In this document: in pieces, positions 1-15,895 of the stretch
How positions within the stretch are numbered: position 1 is the stretch's first letter
How the letters are laid out: each line of letters starts with the position of its first letter
Source of the DNA: the human T2T-CHM13v2.0 reference genome, Homo sapiens
Length of the DNA: 64,000 nucleotides
Assembly (NCBI RefSeq): GCF_009914755.1
Contig: NC_060926.1
Direction: 5' to 3' (one strand)
The notes under the pieces: generated by a model
What the model was told of the DNA's origin: nothing
Seen by the model: the letters and a program-made list of their open reading frames with translations, nothing else
Database searches by the model: none
Translations under genes and position numbers: made by a program

Positions 1-40
1 AAATTAAACAGCTTTTGTATCTTCCCCTTTGACTTTAGGT

Positions 41-46
41 AATAAA
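41..46 (+). terminator. Polyadenylation signal AATAAA, probably the 3' end of an upstream + strand gene (tentatively DAPL1)
   Basis: AATAAA at 41-46 (also ATTAAA at 3-8) followed by a GU/U-rich element (ctgtgcctctttttggt, ~77-92). The DAPL1 assignment is from recollection of its 3' UTR and the neighbouring OR7E trio; not verified. Confidence 0.5.
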
Positions 47-638
47 GCATCCAAACTTGTAAATCTGACACATCCCTGTGCCTCTTTTTGGTCCAGGTCA
101 GAATCCCATTGATGTTTGCATATGTAATTCTGTAGATTAAGTGAAGCATCCAGAATACCTGACTGTTCCATCCACCTCCCTACATAAGCACTCTTCTTGA
201 CGCTGACCCTGAATTGTTCTACCCTCATTGAGTTCTCCTTGAAGGCAGAGGTTGGAGAGGAGTAGACTGGGCTTGGCAAAGGCCAATATCCAATGCAAAC
301 ATAAGGAGTGACTCTTCTCAGTTTGTTTGTCTAAGGATGTTCAAGTTTTCACTTGAGGCGAAATGTCTTTTCCAGTTTCCCACATAAGTACATAGTTTGT
401 TTTCAAGGCTCAGTGTGGGAAAATGAAAAATTAAATTGATTACAAACATATTATTTTCTGCCAAGCAATCAAGGACAGAAGGTAGAATTATAGCTTCAGT
501 GGGAGAGTTGCTCAGGGCCTTCCAGAAAGCTCCAGAACAGGGCATTGTCGTTGGGCTACAGAAGTTATTTTCACTGGAGATGGTGTGGGAGAGAGAGTAT
601 TGCCATAACTAAGCATGCACTAGCTCTTCTCCCCTCTA

Positions 639-639
<1 letters not shown>

Positions 640-676
<37 letters not shown>
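640..676. repeat. (CA)n microsatellite
   Basis: Direct: ~18 CA units. Confidence 0.97.
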
Positions 677-678
<2 letters not shown>

Positions 679-1239
679 CATGAATTCACATGTAAACAGT
701 CAAGGGCATTCTCAGGTGACAGCTGGGGACAGCCATATCATTTCCTCACAGAAGTTGGCTGTCACTCACTGCTTCACCATTCTGCACCTCCAGTTGAGAA
801 TGCTATTGGACTACCAGCCCTTCTCTTTACCCAGGGAAAGGGGCCAGCACTTCAGTCCTTCATTGAACAGGTTGACAACTCTTGGAGTATGACCTGGTGC
901 TGAGCCTGTCTCTGATTCTTGGAAACAAGAGGCACTTGGCTAATGCCCACTTGGATGTGGGGATGCATCCACCTCCTCCCCTCTATTTTTTGGCTCTTGT
1001 TCAGGAATAAGAGAATTGCTAGAGACAATATCAGACCTTCAGGCAATGCCAGCATGAATCAGTAAGACAGTTATTACCACCTCATTTTGGCTTAGCTCAG
1101 TTTCCTGTCCTCTGGGACTGCTGTCAGATATATCCCAGGAAGATAACTGTTGCAAGGAAAATGGACAGAAGTTCAAGGTCAGCCACCATTTTCCAAGGCG
1201 ACAGTAACACAGACCAGATGGTGGGTACAGGTTGGAACA

Positions 1240-1440
1240 TTGGACAAATGTTCAGGAGACGGAGATTCTACTACTGACCCTTACTAGTTCTGCAACCTTA
1301 AGCGAGCCACTTAACCTTTCCAATCCTTGCCAAATGGGCACAATAACACCTGACTCCCCAACTGAACCCTTTCAGTGTTGCATACTGCAAAGAGGATAAA
1401 ATGACTACTGAGATTGGTAAAAGCTAATTAAAGAGTAGTG
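1240..1440 (+). mobile_element. MIR SINE fragment
   Basis: MIR-core-like 'cttactagttctgcaaccttaagcgagccacttaacctttc...aaatgggcacaataacacct'. Confidence 0.6.
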
Positions 1441-2119
1441 TGAGAGCAAGATGGTGCCAGGATGCCTATCCTAGAAGCTGCCAGAACTAGAGTAATAGTA
1501 GAACTCTATTAAGTTGAGACTAGAACAGGAAATTCAGAGAAAAGGTGGAGATTTGGGGCTAGATGGAGGCAGGAAGGAAACACGAGGAGGGGGTGATAAG
1601 AGAACTGAGAAACACAGATGATGGCACTGCTAGATTTGCCTTTCTTTAGGGTGATATGAGGGCCAGCCACCCAAAGGAAGTGAGAAGGGAGGAAGGGTAC
1701 CATTTTCTCTGTCTGGAGATGAGGGTTGTACTGTGGGGGAAGGGAGGCTGCTCGAAGGGAGCCTATGCAGTGAGGACCCACGCATTAACTTGAGTCTACA
1801 ATTACAGTCATTTAAATCACCAAGTCACAGGGAGTCAGACGTTTGGTATGAGCTTCAGATCTGAAAGGAAATTGGAATTCCCTTGGCTAATGTAACAGCA
1901 GAAGAAGGTCCAGGAGAGAATTCTGTGGTGATGTGGAGGCATGTGCAAGAGGCCACAAGAGCTGCCCACTGTCCCTCCTGAGGAAGAGATCCCGGCATGG
2001 ATGTGCTGTGGCTCCACTCAGGAGCCCCCAGCCATGGGTCATGGGCCCAGCAAAGGCCATGACAAGGAGGAGGGGCTGCCGTGGGCTGGGAATTCACTGG
2101 CAGATAATTTTCTTCAGTT

Positions 2120-2330
2120 CATTTCAGTTCTGTTCACCAGATTCTATGCTAGGCACTGGGACATGAAGATGAATAAGACACAGCCCCTGTCCACCAGGAT
2201 CTCTCAGACCAAAGGGAAATGGACCCCCAACAAATTAATAACAAGAGAGAGTATAGATGCGGCTTGGTGGGGGCTGGGGTCATGCTGTGGATGAGGCTCA
2301 AGAACTCACCTGAAGGTCATGTGCAAGCCA
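2120..2330 (-). mobile_element. L2 LINE 3' fragment
   Basis: 'tgctaggcactgggacatgaagatgaataagacacagcccctgtcc' is typical of an antisense L2 3' end. Confidence 0.6.
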
Positions 2331-3149
2331 AAAAAAACCATGGTGGCTGTGGAGACCAATAACTCATGTGTGGATCTTTAATAAACAGACTTTCCTTAAG
2401 CTTATTATGAAATCTTCAAACATACACAAAAGCCAAGTGGCTATTATATTAAACCCTCACTTACCCATCACAGGGCTTCAACAATGTGGACCGTCTTGGT
2501 TTGGCTACAGCATCCGGCCCCCTACTTCTTTGCTCTTTTCCCTCTCTCCTTCTGGATTATTTTAGAGTGAAGCCTAAACCTCATATCGTTTCATCTAGAG
2601 ATACTTCAGTATGTTATCTCCAAAAGATAAGCCTTCATGTGTGCTCTCTCTCTCTCTGTATCTCTTTCTCCTTCTGTAAACTGATTTTTCACCAAGATTG
2701 AGGAGAATCTTTCCCCACAGAAGGGAGACTAGCATTGCTAGCTATGCTAGGCACAAGAGCCAAAACAAACAAGACCGCCACTGAGCCAGGGAAGCTGAGA
2801 GAGTGTGTGGAGTTCAGAGAGTAGATGATGAAGCTGGCCTTCAAGTCCAAGGAGGGAACCAGGAAACACGAAGTTGCTGAGGACAAACAAGAGGTACAGG
2901 AAGAAAATGACAGGCAAAACTAGGTCTTGCCGAGGAAAAAGATATAGAGAACACTTAGAAATAGCTATTTCTGAGGCCACTCAAAAAAACACAGAGTAAG
3001 AGAGGAACAAAGGATGATAAATTATTGGCAGGAAAAACTAAAATCAATTTATCCAACAAACACTTGCCAGGTTTCTCCTGTGTGATAGGCTTCGTTTAGA
3101 TAGACCCCAAGTCCAAGGAATATATGCCTAGCATTTGACATATGTCATG

Positions 3150-3473
3150 TTTTATCTGATTTATTTTATTTGTTTATTTATTTATTCATTCATTCATTTT
3201 GAGACAGGGTCTTACTCGGTCGTCCAGGCTGGTGTGCAGTGGCGCGATCATGGCTCACTGTAGCCTCAATCTCCCCGGTTCAGATGATCCTCCCAAGCTG
3301 CTGGGACCACAGGTGTATGCCACCACATCCATGTCTGGCTAATTTTTTATTTTCTGTAGAGACAACGTTTCCCCGTATTGCCCAGGCTGGTCTCAAACTC
3401 CTAGGCTCAAGCGATCCTCCCACCTTGGCCTCCAAAAGTGCTGGCTTACGGGCATGAGCCACTGCACCTGACC
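3150..3473 (-). mobile_element. Alu (J-type)
   Basis: Antisense Alu body (gagacagggtcttactc...gctcaagcgatcctcccaccttggcc) with a decayed T-rich tail. Confidence 0.92.
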
Positions 3474-4329
3474 TGGGCTATGTTTTGTTTTAAAGAACAT
3501 CTAGATGTCAGGTGGTGTCACCACCCCCTTTAGAATGATAAGATTGGCTCAAATTCCCATATTATCCCCAGTGGATATTCAAAGCCCTCTCCAAGATGTC
3601 TGTAAATTCCCAGGAGGGTTACACTGGTATGGTCACCTCTGATTTTCAGTGAATTCATTCATTCCTTGCTGTCCCTGTGCCCCCACCACCCTGATCTGGA
3701 CCCAGCTCTTTTCCATGATTTCCCTAAAAGTCTTCTTCAGTGGGTGGCAAAATTTACTAAAGACTTGATAGAGCATTTACATCATGGTAACCAGATGACA
3801 TCCAGTAGAATGTCCGCTACCCTCATTCTATTTGTGTGTCCTTCCACGCACTTCCCACTGCCACCCCCACCCCACCCCACCCCGGGACTTCATTCACTAT
3901 TCATGTCACCTGGGGCAGCCTCCATCTTGCTGGCAGTGCTCCCCTCTCCCACTCTCCCTTCCCTCACTTTTCTTCCCTTACCCTGTTCAGTTTCAAATTC
4001 GCAATTCAGCTACTTCTCTGGTTGTTGGACCCCTGGAAAACCATGTCACTTTACCCCAGAATAGTCTCCTCACCCTCAAACAGCTGTGACACCAACTGTC
4101 AGGATGTCAACATTTTTGTCCAAATATGATAGATGAACAATGAATTAATTAGAAAAAATGAAGTGATAGAGAACCTGAGACAAGAGAAATGAGAAGCCAA
4201 AGGAAAAGGAAGAGAAGTTTCAAATAAAATCTTGAAGGCCTGAAAGAAATACAAACACAAAAGTAGGGCAAGCAGAGCTTCTGCTAAAAAATATATAAGA
4301 CAGAATTTTAAACATAGTTTTCCATACAG

Positions 4330-4495
4330 TATTTCATGGAATTGTCACAAGAATTCTGAAAGATGATAGCTGTTATTATCCTATTATACCGATGGGAAAA
4401 ATGAGCCTCTGGGAAATTAAGAGATTCCTTAATGTCTTATAGTTTGTTAACTAGAGAAATTTATCTGGGGCTCTCGTAATCCCAAATCTAGAGCT
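4330..4495 (-). mobile_element. MIR fragment
   Basis: 'tgttattatccctattataccgatgggaaaaatgagcctctggga' resembles the antisense MIR core. Confidence 0.55.
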
Positions 4496-4704
4496 GTCTC
4501 TGTTGCTGACCCGTAAGAAAATAGGTTGGAGCTGAAGCTTAGAAGTCTCCAAACAGAGAGGATCGAGATCTAATTTTGACTTAGGAAATAGAAATGAATT
4601 TGAAGAGAGAAATCTGTGTGTGAGAGAACTGATGTGGGATTCACCGAATACCTCAATAGGGAGGAGCCACACAAACACAGCTTCTCAGAGTTTTCTTTGA
4701 AAGG

Positions 4705-5119
4705 TGCTAAGGTTTGAATGTTTGTCTCCTCCAAAGCTCATGTGGAAATTTAATCTCCAATGTGGCAGAGTTGAGAGGTGGGGCCTTTGAGAGGTGATTG
4801 GGTCAAGAGGGCTCTGCCCTACTGCATGGATTAATGCATTCAGGGATTAGTGGATTAATGGGTTATCATGGGACTGGGCCTGGTGGCTTTATAAGGAGAA
4901 GAAGGGAGGCCTGGGCTTAGCATGCTCAGCCCCCTCCCCATGTGTGATGCTCTGCACCACCTCGGGACTCTGCAGAGAACCTCCACCAACAAGAAAGGGC
5001 CCCCAGATGTGGCTTCTCAACCTTGGATTTCTCAGCCTCCATAACTGTAAGAAATAGATTTCTTCTCTTTATAAATTACCCAGTTTCAGGTATTCTGCAA
5101 CAGAAAACAGACTAAGACA
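4705..5119 (+). mobile_element. MaLR solo LTR (MST family)
   Basis: Starts tgctaaggtttgaatgtttgtctcctccaaagctcatg and ends ...aaattacccagtttcaggtattctgcaacagaaaacagactaagaca, the MST LTR termini. Confidence 0.85.
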
Positions 5120-6611
5120 GATATAATGTGAAAGCTTGAAAGATCATGGAAGTGAACTGGGTTGTGAGAAAAGATCAAATGTACAGGATGAGCCTTCGAA
5201 AGACAAATGAAAGATAAAAGGCAACTTTGCACAGGACACCTCTCCTGTGTACAGCAAGAGACATGAGGCTAGGGGACATGTCAAGTGAGGCTTCGGAAAG
5301 GAGCTAGGGCAGGGGAAAGGTGACCTTGCACTGAAGTATTCATTATCAGACTGTAAGGTGTAGTAACAGAGATCTGAATGTTTCCTACAATGGCTTTACA
5401 AATCAGTCTAAATCATTGCAGAAGCATGTTTTGAATGACCTGGATGCCTACTTTATGAGCAAGTGTATTACAGGACCTCTGACCCAAGTTCACACTGGGA
5501 TTTTTAACCCATCAACAGTGCCAGTATTCTATCTCAGAGACCTATGAGAAAAGAATGGAGGAGGACTTAACAGAAATGTTCCTCGTGAACAAAATGTCAT
5601 GGTAGTGTGAAAAGAGACAAATGAGAGAACTGAGTCATTGTAAACTTGCTAAAGTTATGAAACTAGCCAGAATCATATCTATATTAGAACAGCCATTGAT
5701 CATAAATAAAATAACTTAGGTCAACACTGTGGATGCAGAGGAATTTTTTTTTCTTTTTTAAAAGAAGGCCTATCAGTTATTCAAATTAAAGAACCATTCG
5801 AGTGGAGAGAAGAATGTTTATTTAGCTGCCCATGCTAGCCGTTTGAATATGGCAGGATTGAAAGGATCATAAGCAAAAATGCTAGAGGTCATAAAATGTA
5901 AAGTGCAGGATTTTATCATCTGTATGTACACGATGAAGAGATTGAAATTAATTTCTAAAAACATAGGAAATTGGGTAGAAGTGAAGAAGAACAGAAGTCC
6001 TGCTCCTCTTTAAAGATTTCAGAAAAATGAAACATTTTCTTTAACAAATAAAGAGAGCTTTCCAAAGGAGTATAGCCAGAGGCTTTTAAGGATAAAATAG
6101 ATATTGCTGCAGAAGTGTTTAAGAGACAGCACAGGTAAATAAAATGGAGGTGAAGACACTGGAGCAGAAATAGTGAAATTGAAGACCAGATGAAACAGAA
6201 TGGGGAGGATGAGAGCAGAAAAGGTCAGGCAAGAACAAAAACACTCTCACCAGAAACCTGAGGTCTGGGAGAAGAGCGAGGACGGTCACAAGATTAAAAT
6301 GGACAGAATAAGACGGCACCAGAAGAGAGCCTTGAGATAATGGAAAGGTTTAACCAAACGTATCAAGTGCAAAGAAAGATTGAGTGGCCAGCTCGGCTGT
6401 AGGCTGACGAAGAAACAAGCAATCTGACAGCGGACATCATGGGTCAAGTGGCTGGGAGTGAGCTGGGTTTGGAAGAAAGGAAGCACCCCGGGTCTGGCAG
6501 GCGTCCTGCGTAGTTCCACCAGGCGTTTAAGAACTGAGCAAAGCACTGTTTTCCGTGACAGACACTTGAGAGGGAGGCGGAGTGTCCTGTACAGTAAAAC
6601 AAGGAGCTGGG

Positions 6612-6645
<34 letters not shown>

Positions 6646-6851
6646 GGAAGGTGGATGCTGGGAAGTAGAGGTCACTATCTTTATAAACCTGTAGTTGGAG
6701 ACTTTGTAGCAGAATTCTAGACAAAGTTTAAACAGAAAAAGTTGTCTGGACTGGTGTGAAATGACAAAAATGTCAGGGGCTTAGCAGGGATAATCAACAG
6801 TGTGGGTGGGGGTGGGAGAGGGGGATGGTCCCTGACCACACAAGCATTTGT

Positions 6852-6897
<46 letters not shown>

Positions 6898-7124
6898 GCC
6901 TTTTTGCTGTGTCTCCAAGGACTAGCTATTTGGCCTCCCTTTTCTGATTCCTGAAACACACCAAACGGGCTGGAGTAGCACAAATCAGTCTATTTTTATC
7001 AGGCAAGAATGAAGGCCCAATACTGCCATATCTTTTTATTCTTCTCAAAAGCAATCTGAAATATAGGTTTTGTGTGAAATCTTCTGAATTTGATACGTTG
7101 GCTCAACTTTCTTATGTTTATTTA

Positions 7125-7421
7125 TTTTTCTTTCTTTTTTTTTTTTTTTTTTTTTGTCTGAGACGGAGTCTCGCTCTGTCGCCCAGGCTGGAGTGCAGTG
7201 GCGCGATCTCAGCTCACTGCAAGCTCCGCCTCCCGGGTTCACGCCATTCTCTGCCTCAGCCTCCCGAGTAGCTGGGACCACAGGCGCCCGCCACTACGCC
7301 CGGCTAATTTCTTGTATTTTTAGTAGAGACGGGGTTTCACCGTGTTTTCCTGACCTCATGATCTGCCCGCCTCAACCTCCCAAAGTGCTGGGATTACAGG
7401 CGTCAGCCACTGCGCCCGGCC
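7125..7421 (-). mobile_element. AluY with a small internal deletion
   Basis: AluY diagnostics (gcaagctccgcctcccgggttcacgccattc); lacks the 'agccaggatggtctcgatc' segment; TSD-like ctttc(tt)atgtttattt on both sides. Confidence 0.93.
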
Positions 7422-8119
7422 TTTCATGTTTATTTTTACTATACACTGTGCAGACAAATAATTGAGTCTGCATGTTCAATTTGGCCCATGGGCCACCGTT
7501 TCGTACAAGCCAAGATTTTCACACCGAGCCTGCACAACCGTCCTACGTTCCTGATGACCTGAGGGATGTAAGGGCAGGGCTTGCCTCTCTGACAGGAGGG
7601 ATGCAAGGAAATAGTTAATAACCTTAGAGTTTGGCAAGAAGTAGGATGTGAAGATGAGAAGGAAATGGCCCACTTTAAGCAGAGGCCGGTTTTAGTTTCC
7701 GCAGGTGGTAGCATTCTGGCAGTTACTGAAGGGTTTACATCAGCACTGGCAAAATAAAACACAAGGTCATAAAAATAAAAGAACCAGAGAAATCTGATAA
7801 TATTGATGGTACGGATGGATGAAGAGGCTAGGCCCATGAGGATTTCTGTTTCACGGTTTGGAGGGTGTAGAATAATAGCTATCATTTGCTGAGAATTTAC
7901 TGTGTGCCAGAGGCTGTCCATTATATTTAATCTCTAATATTTACAACAACCCCTTTTACAAATGCTGAAGGATTATTCAGAGGAGTTAAGGCATACAACA
8001 CCCAGGCCCCTGGACCTTTATGCTTTCTCCTTTAACTGGAAATCTCTCCATTACTTTTTTTTGCCAAAATATTCATTGCAACACTACTCACGTGTTTAAA
8101 AAGCCAACAAAACGGTCAA

Positions 8120-8680
8120 ATAATTCCTCTCCTAGATATATAGCCAGGAAATAAAACACATATCCACACAAAAACTTGTACACAAATGTCACAGCAGCTT
8201 TATTCATAATAGTCAAAAATTAAAAACAACTCAAATGTCCATCAACTGACAAACAGGTAAAAAAGATGTGGTATCTCTATACCCTGGCATATTACTTGAC
8301 AATAAAAAGGAATGAAGTGCTGATTCATGCTACAACATGGATCAATCTTGAAAACATTATGCTAAGTGAAAAAAAGCCAGTCACAAAAGACCACATATTG
8401 TTCCATTTACATAAAATGTCCAGAATAGGCAAAATTATACAGGTAGTAAGTGGAAGTGGTTGCCTAAGACTCAGGGACAGAAAGAGTTGGAGGTTGCATT
8501 TTTAACCCTAAATATTAATAGTATAGGGTTTCTTTGAAGGATGCTGAAGATGTTCTCAGATTGATTATACTGATGGTGGCACAACTCTGAAAATACTAAA
8601 AACCATTGAATTATACACTTAAATAAGTGAAATTGTATGATACATCAATTATCCCAATAGAGCTGTTACAAAAAAAAAGA
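8120..8680 (+). mobile_element. Old L1 (L1MB/L1ME) 3' end
   Basis: 'aaaacttgtacacaaatg...tgctacaacatggatcaatcttgaaaacattatgctaagtgaaa...ccattgaattatacactt'. Confidence 0.85.
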
Positions 8681-8854
8681 TATGAAGAGAACATTGATTT
8701 TGAAATATCTGTTGCATGACATGAAACACAAATTATTACCTAATAAAGGTTGGCACCAATTTTATATTCTAACTTCTTCACCAACCCAAACTGTGGTCCA
8801 ATCCCCAGGCTTGTGGCCCTCAATACTGGGGCTTGGCTACACCTTGGGCCTTAG

Positions 8855-9170
<316 letters not shown>

Positions 9171-9892
9171 CTCACATAAGCATTTCACATACAGTATCTC
9201 ATTTACTTCCATGACAGCCCCAAGAGAAGGGTATTATTATTATTCCCATGGGAAGGATGAGGAAATGCTTAGTGAGACTGCATCATTTACTAAACAATGA
9301 AGTTGGTATCTGGCAGAGCCAGGGTGCAAAACCAGACAGCTGGATGTCACAGCCTGGACTTCCCACACAAAACCCCACATGCTCATACACTGTTTGTGGG
9401 ATTGTAGATTGGTACGTATTAACTTTCTGGAGGGTAATTTGACAGGGTGTATCAAAAGTTATTTTAAAAACCCATACTTTTTAACCCAGCAACTCTACTT
9501 CTAAAAATTTATTCTATAAAAATTATTGGACAAGTAAATAAATATATATATACAAATATAAGGATGTTCATCAAGGTATTGTGTATATATAGCAATAGCC
9601 AATTAAAAAGACTTTTTAAAAGAAAAATTCTTATTTCTGTCCACAAAGTATTGGCTAAATTTAGCCCAGCACATCCCTCTGGCAGTGTAGCTGAGCTCAG
9701 GAAGGGTATGTTCTGTGGATTAGCATCTGGGGAGAGCAGGAGGGGTCAGAAGAAACAGGAGAATAGGAAGGAAGAACCCTTCACCAAACCAGGTCATGAG
9801 GCCCAGCCTGGGCTGACGTGTGTCACACTTGGAAAGGTCACCTCCTCACCACCATCCCAGTCTTCATGAGGATTGTAGAGCAGTGTCTATTA

Positions 9893-10394
<502 letters not shown>

Positions 10395-10469
10395 TTAGAC
10401 CTTCCATGCTTACCTCCACCTCCATATTTCTCCTCTTTCTCCAACAGGAACAAGTTCAGCTGGGAGTGA

Positions 10470-10911
<442 letters not shown>

Positions 10912-11455
10912 TAATTACTTTTAAACAAGGTGTAGTTGAGGAATCTTCTTCCAACTTCATGACAGAACTATAATGGCCTGTGCAACATTTTCATTAGGAC
11001 TTCAGGGAAGCTGCAGACTTTTAGAAATTAATGGCTTGATTTTACCAAAAGGAAGATGAAAAAACCCTCTAGAGACTGATAAATGGATGCCATTAAGAGT
11101 GTTTGATGAGCTCCACAGTGACACACCCAATTCACTTCCTCACCTATAACAGTAGATTGCCTAATGGCCATTTTGTACAATGTAAAAGTTAAGATTGATC
11201 TTATGTTTGGGAAACATTTGTTTCTACAAGAAAACTCTCTTGTTCGTATTGCATCACCATAAATTCATGAAGTTGGTAACTGTGCAATGGTTACATTTTT
11301 AGAAAATACATTCTGAAACATTTAGAGGTAGAGGATCCAGAACCTCAGATGGTTCAGATACAGTATGAGAGAGAAAGAGAGAGAGAGAGAGCGAGAGGAA
11401 ACGCATGTGGGATAAAATATTGATAACAGGGAATCTGGTTAAGGGCATAGAAATG

Positions 11456-11748
11456 TTTTTTGTTTTTTTTTTTTTTGAAGACAGGGTCTCACTCTCATTG
11501 ATAGGCTGGAATGCAGTGGCGGCTCACTGCAGCCTTGACCTGCCAGGCTCAAGCAATCCTCTCACCTCAGCCTCTGGAGTAGCTGCGAACACTGGTATGC
11601 ACCACCACATCAGGTTAATTTTTATATTTTTCATAGAAATGGGATCTTGCCATGCTGGCCAGGCTGGTCTTGAGCTCCTGGGCCCAAGTGATCCATCTGT
11701 CTAGGCTCCCAAAGTGCTGGGATTACCGTTGTGAGCCATTGCACCCAG
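11456..11748 (-). mobile_element. Alu (J-type)
   Basis: Diverged antisense Alu. Confidence 0.85.
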
Positions 11749-11807
11749 AGGGCATAGAGATCTTTGTGCTATGTTTACTTTTGTAATATTTTTAAAATTT
11801 TGAAATC

Positions 11808-11920
11808 ATGTTTACTATTTGGGTGACAGAATGGACTATTTGGGCTTCCAACAGAAGCCCAAACCTCAGCATCATGCAATATGTCCATGTAACAAACCTG
11901 CACATGTACCCCAAATCTAA
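11808..11920 (+). mobile_element. L1 3' terminal fragment
   Basis: 'agaagcccaaacctcagcatcatgcaatatgtccatgtaacaaacctgcacatgtacccc'. Confidence 0.75.
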
Positions 11921-11922
11921 AA

Positions 11923-11923
11923 T

Positions 11924-11955
<32 letters not shown>

Positions 11956-12118
11956 TTTATTTGTTTATTTTGAGATGGAATCTCGCTCTATTGCCCAGGC
12001 TGGAGTGCAGTGGCGTGAACACAGCTCACTGCAGACTTGAACTCCTGGACTCAAGTGATCCTCCCACCTCAGCATCCCAAAGTGCTGGGATTACAGGCAT
12101 GAGCCACCGTGCCCAACC
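11923..12118 (-). mobile_element. Alu monomer or recombined Alu (FRAM/FLAM-like) with (TTTA)n tail
   Basis: Single-arm antisense Alu sequence. Confidence 0.8.
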
Positions 12119-13746
12119 TAAATTTTTTTTTTAAGGAAAAAAATAAAATAAAACTTACCATCATTTCTAAATCAAGTGCTAAACATTAAAAAAGACTCTC
12201 TAGGCCAAAAACTAAGAATATACTGATGCTTCTCAAATGGTAACAAGGCACACTGGGAATAGTACTGGCCTACATCCGACATTATTTTTTTATAGTTATT
12301 TTAAATAGAAAATACACTTAGACGAGTGAAAACTCTGAACACTATGAAAAGGTAGGTACTGAGAACTGTCATTCCTTCCCATCCCCATCTACTCCGTTGC
12401 CTCTCACACTCTACAGGTAACCATATTTATTCATTTCTGATTTCTCTTTCCAGTGATTACTTATGCAAATACAAACAAATATGAATATATATTATTTCCC
12501 TCCCTCCTTTTTACACAAAAGGAGGCATGCCGTACACACCATTCTGTGCTTTGGTTTGGTCACCTAGCAGTATATGCTGTAGTCTCTTCAGCCTGACATC
12601 CTTTTAGGATGTCATCCCTGCCTGTAGAAAAGTGAACATGATTGCTGCTTCTATTTATTCACACAGAGAGTGTGCCCAAGCCTGATACCTGGCTCTGGAT
12701 TAAATGAACTGTGCTTTGTATTTGCACTTCACAGCTGGCTAGAAAAGTCAACTCCTACAATTGTCAAAGGTCAAGTTCAGAATGTCTAGACACTTTCTTA
12801 AATATTCCGACTTGTTTTGAACTTCAAGGAAAAATGAAACTTCAAATATTTTTCTTGAAAGAACACAGAGAAGATGGGCTGGCCACAGAGTTTACTTACA
12901 TTTTCATGATTCCTTTTTTAAATGCTTCACTCGGGGAATTTTCAGACAATCTTTGTTTTGTATTCCTGCCCTTTGTTATACATGGCTGCAACCCAGAACT
13001 GTCAGAGGAGATTAAGTTTATAAAAGAAGAGTTTCTACATTTTTGAAATATTTTGACTAAGTGAAATCATTTTTTTTTCTATCTGCAATGCAATTCAGCT
13101 CAGTTCGACAGATATTTACTGGGCCTTGTGCAAACCACTGAGCTTTAATAGATGAATGAGACATTGCTCCTGGCTTCAGGTGAACACAAATAATGTCTCT
13201 TTACTGTGGAAACTGCTATGGTACACAAGCAGGCACAGGCTGCTAGAGGAGGACAAAAGAAGAATGCTGAGCTCTGCCTCATTAGAGAAAATGAGCTAAG
13301 TCATGAAGACCAGTAAAAGCTGAGCAGAAAAAGAAGGGCAGGAGCAGCAGAAGCAAAGGTCATGAAGTTTCATGAACACGCAAAGGTAACTACTATAGGT
13401 GGGAAAGTAGCAAACTGTTTGAGCATCATTAGAGTCCACAGCAGGAGACATAGCTGCAAAAGGGAGAGCCTTGTATGGCCTGCCAGGGAGTTTGGACTTG
13501 AATCTAAGCAGTGGTTAAAGAAAGGACCTTGGTCAGGTTTCCTTTTAGAAGGCTTGTCTTGGCTTTGATATGGAGGATGAATACGGGAAGGGATAAATCT
13601 ATAGGCGGAGAGCCATAGAGGCCAAAAGGAGGCGTATATTAGAAAGGTTTGGGCAGCAGACACTGCAGGGCTTGATGATTGCTGGTCTGTGAGTGGGAGG
13701 AGTCCAGGAGGATCCTTGGTCCTGACTCGTGTGACTCAGGGAATGA

Positions 13747-14151
<405 letters not shown>

Positions 14152-14244
14152 TGAGTCCTGTTGAATGTGAGGGTAGCAGGCAGATGCAGCTATGAATCTG
14201 ATGATCAGAGGCGAGTTCTGGTATGAAAAATATGTATTCAAGCA

Positions 14245-14713
14245 TTATACTAGTTTCCTGAGGCTACTGTAACAAATTACCATAAATTTAGTAGCTTAAA
14301 ACAACATAAATTTACTCTGTTATGATTCTGGAAGTTAGAAGTCTAAAATTAGTCTCACTAAGCTAAAGTCAAGGTGTCAGCAGGGCTGGTTCCTTCTGGA
14401 GGCTCTAGGAGAGAATCCTTTTCCTTCTCTGCTCCGAGAGACTGCCTGCATTCCTCAGTTTCTGGCCCTTAATCCATCTTCAAAGCCAGGAGTGCAGCGT
14501 CTTGCTTCTGTTGTCGCATAGCTTTCTTCTTCTGTAGTCATGCCTCCCTCTGCCTCCCTTCTATCAGGACACGTGTGATTACATTGCACAGATAATCCAG
14601 GATAATATTCCCATCTCAAGATCACAATTGCACATTTTGCTTGATAAGGTATTATTCACAGGTTCCAGAGATTAGGACCTGGACATCTTTGGAAGCATTA
14701 TTCAACCTACTAT
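14245..14713 (-). mobile_element. MLT1 (MaLR) solo LTR
   Basis: 'tagtttcctgaggctactgtaacaaattaccataaatttagtagcttaaaacaaca...tcaaggtgtcagcagggctggttccttctggaggctctagg'. Confidence 0.85.
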
Positions 14714-14834
14714 GTGTTGATAGCATAAAGTTAGTGAGAGTAGATACAACCGATGAGGTGAATGTGTATGGAGAGAAAAGCATGAGATCAAGACCAGAAC
14801 ACTAGAAACACCAAAGTTAAGAGAGTGAACATTG

Positions 14835-15135
<301 letters not shown>

Positions 15136-15136
15136 T

Positions 15137-15895
<759 letters not shown>

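Noticed and set aside
5780-5830. 'IKEPFEWREEC' resembling a Gypsy RT-RNase H linker
   Set aside because: A single short motif with no supporting RT or RNase H motifs nearby.
6280-6644. Processed pseudogene ending in the poly(A) at 6,616-6,644
   Set aside because: No upstream AATAAA, no target-site duplication and no recognisable parent protein.
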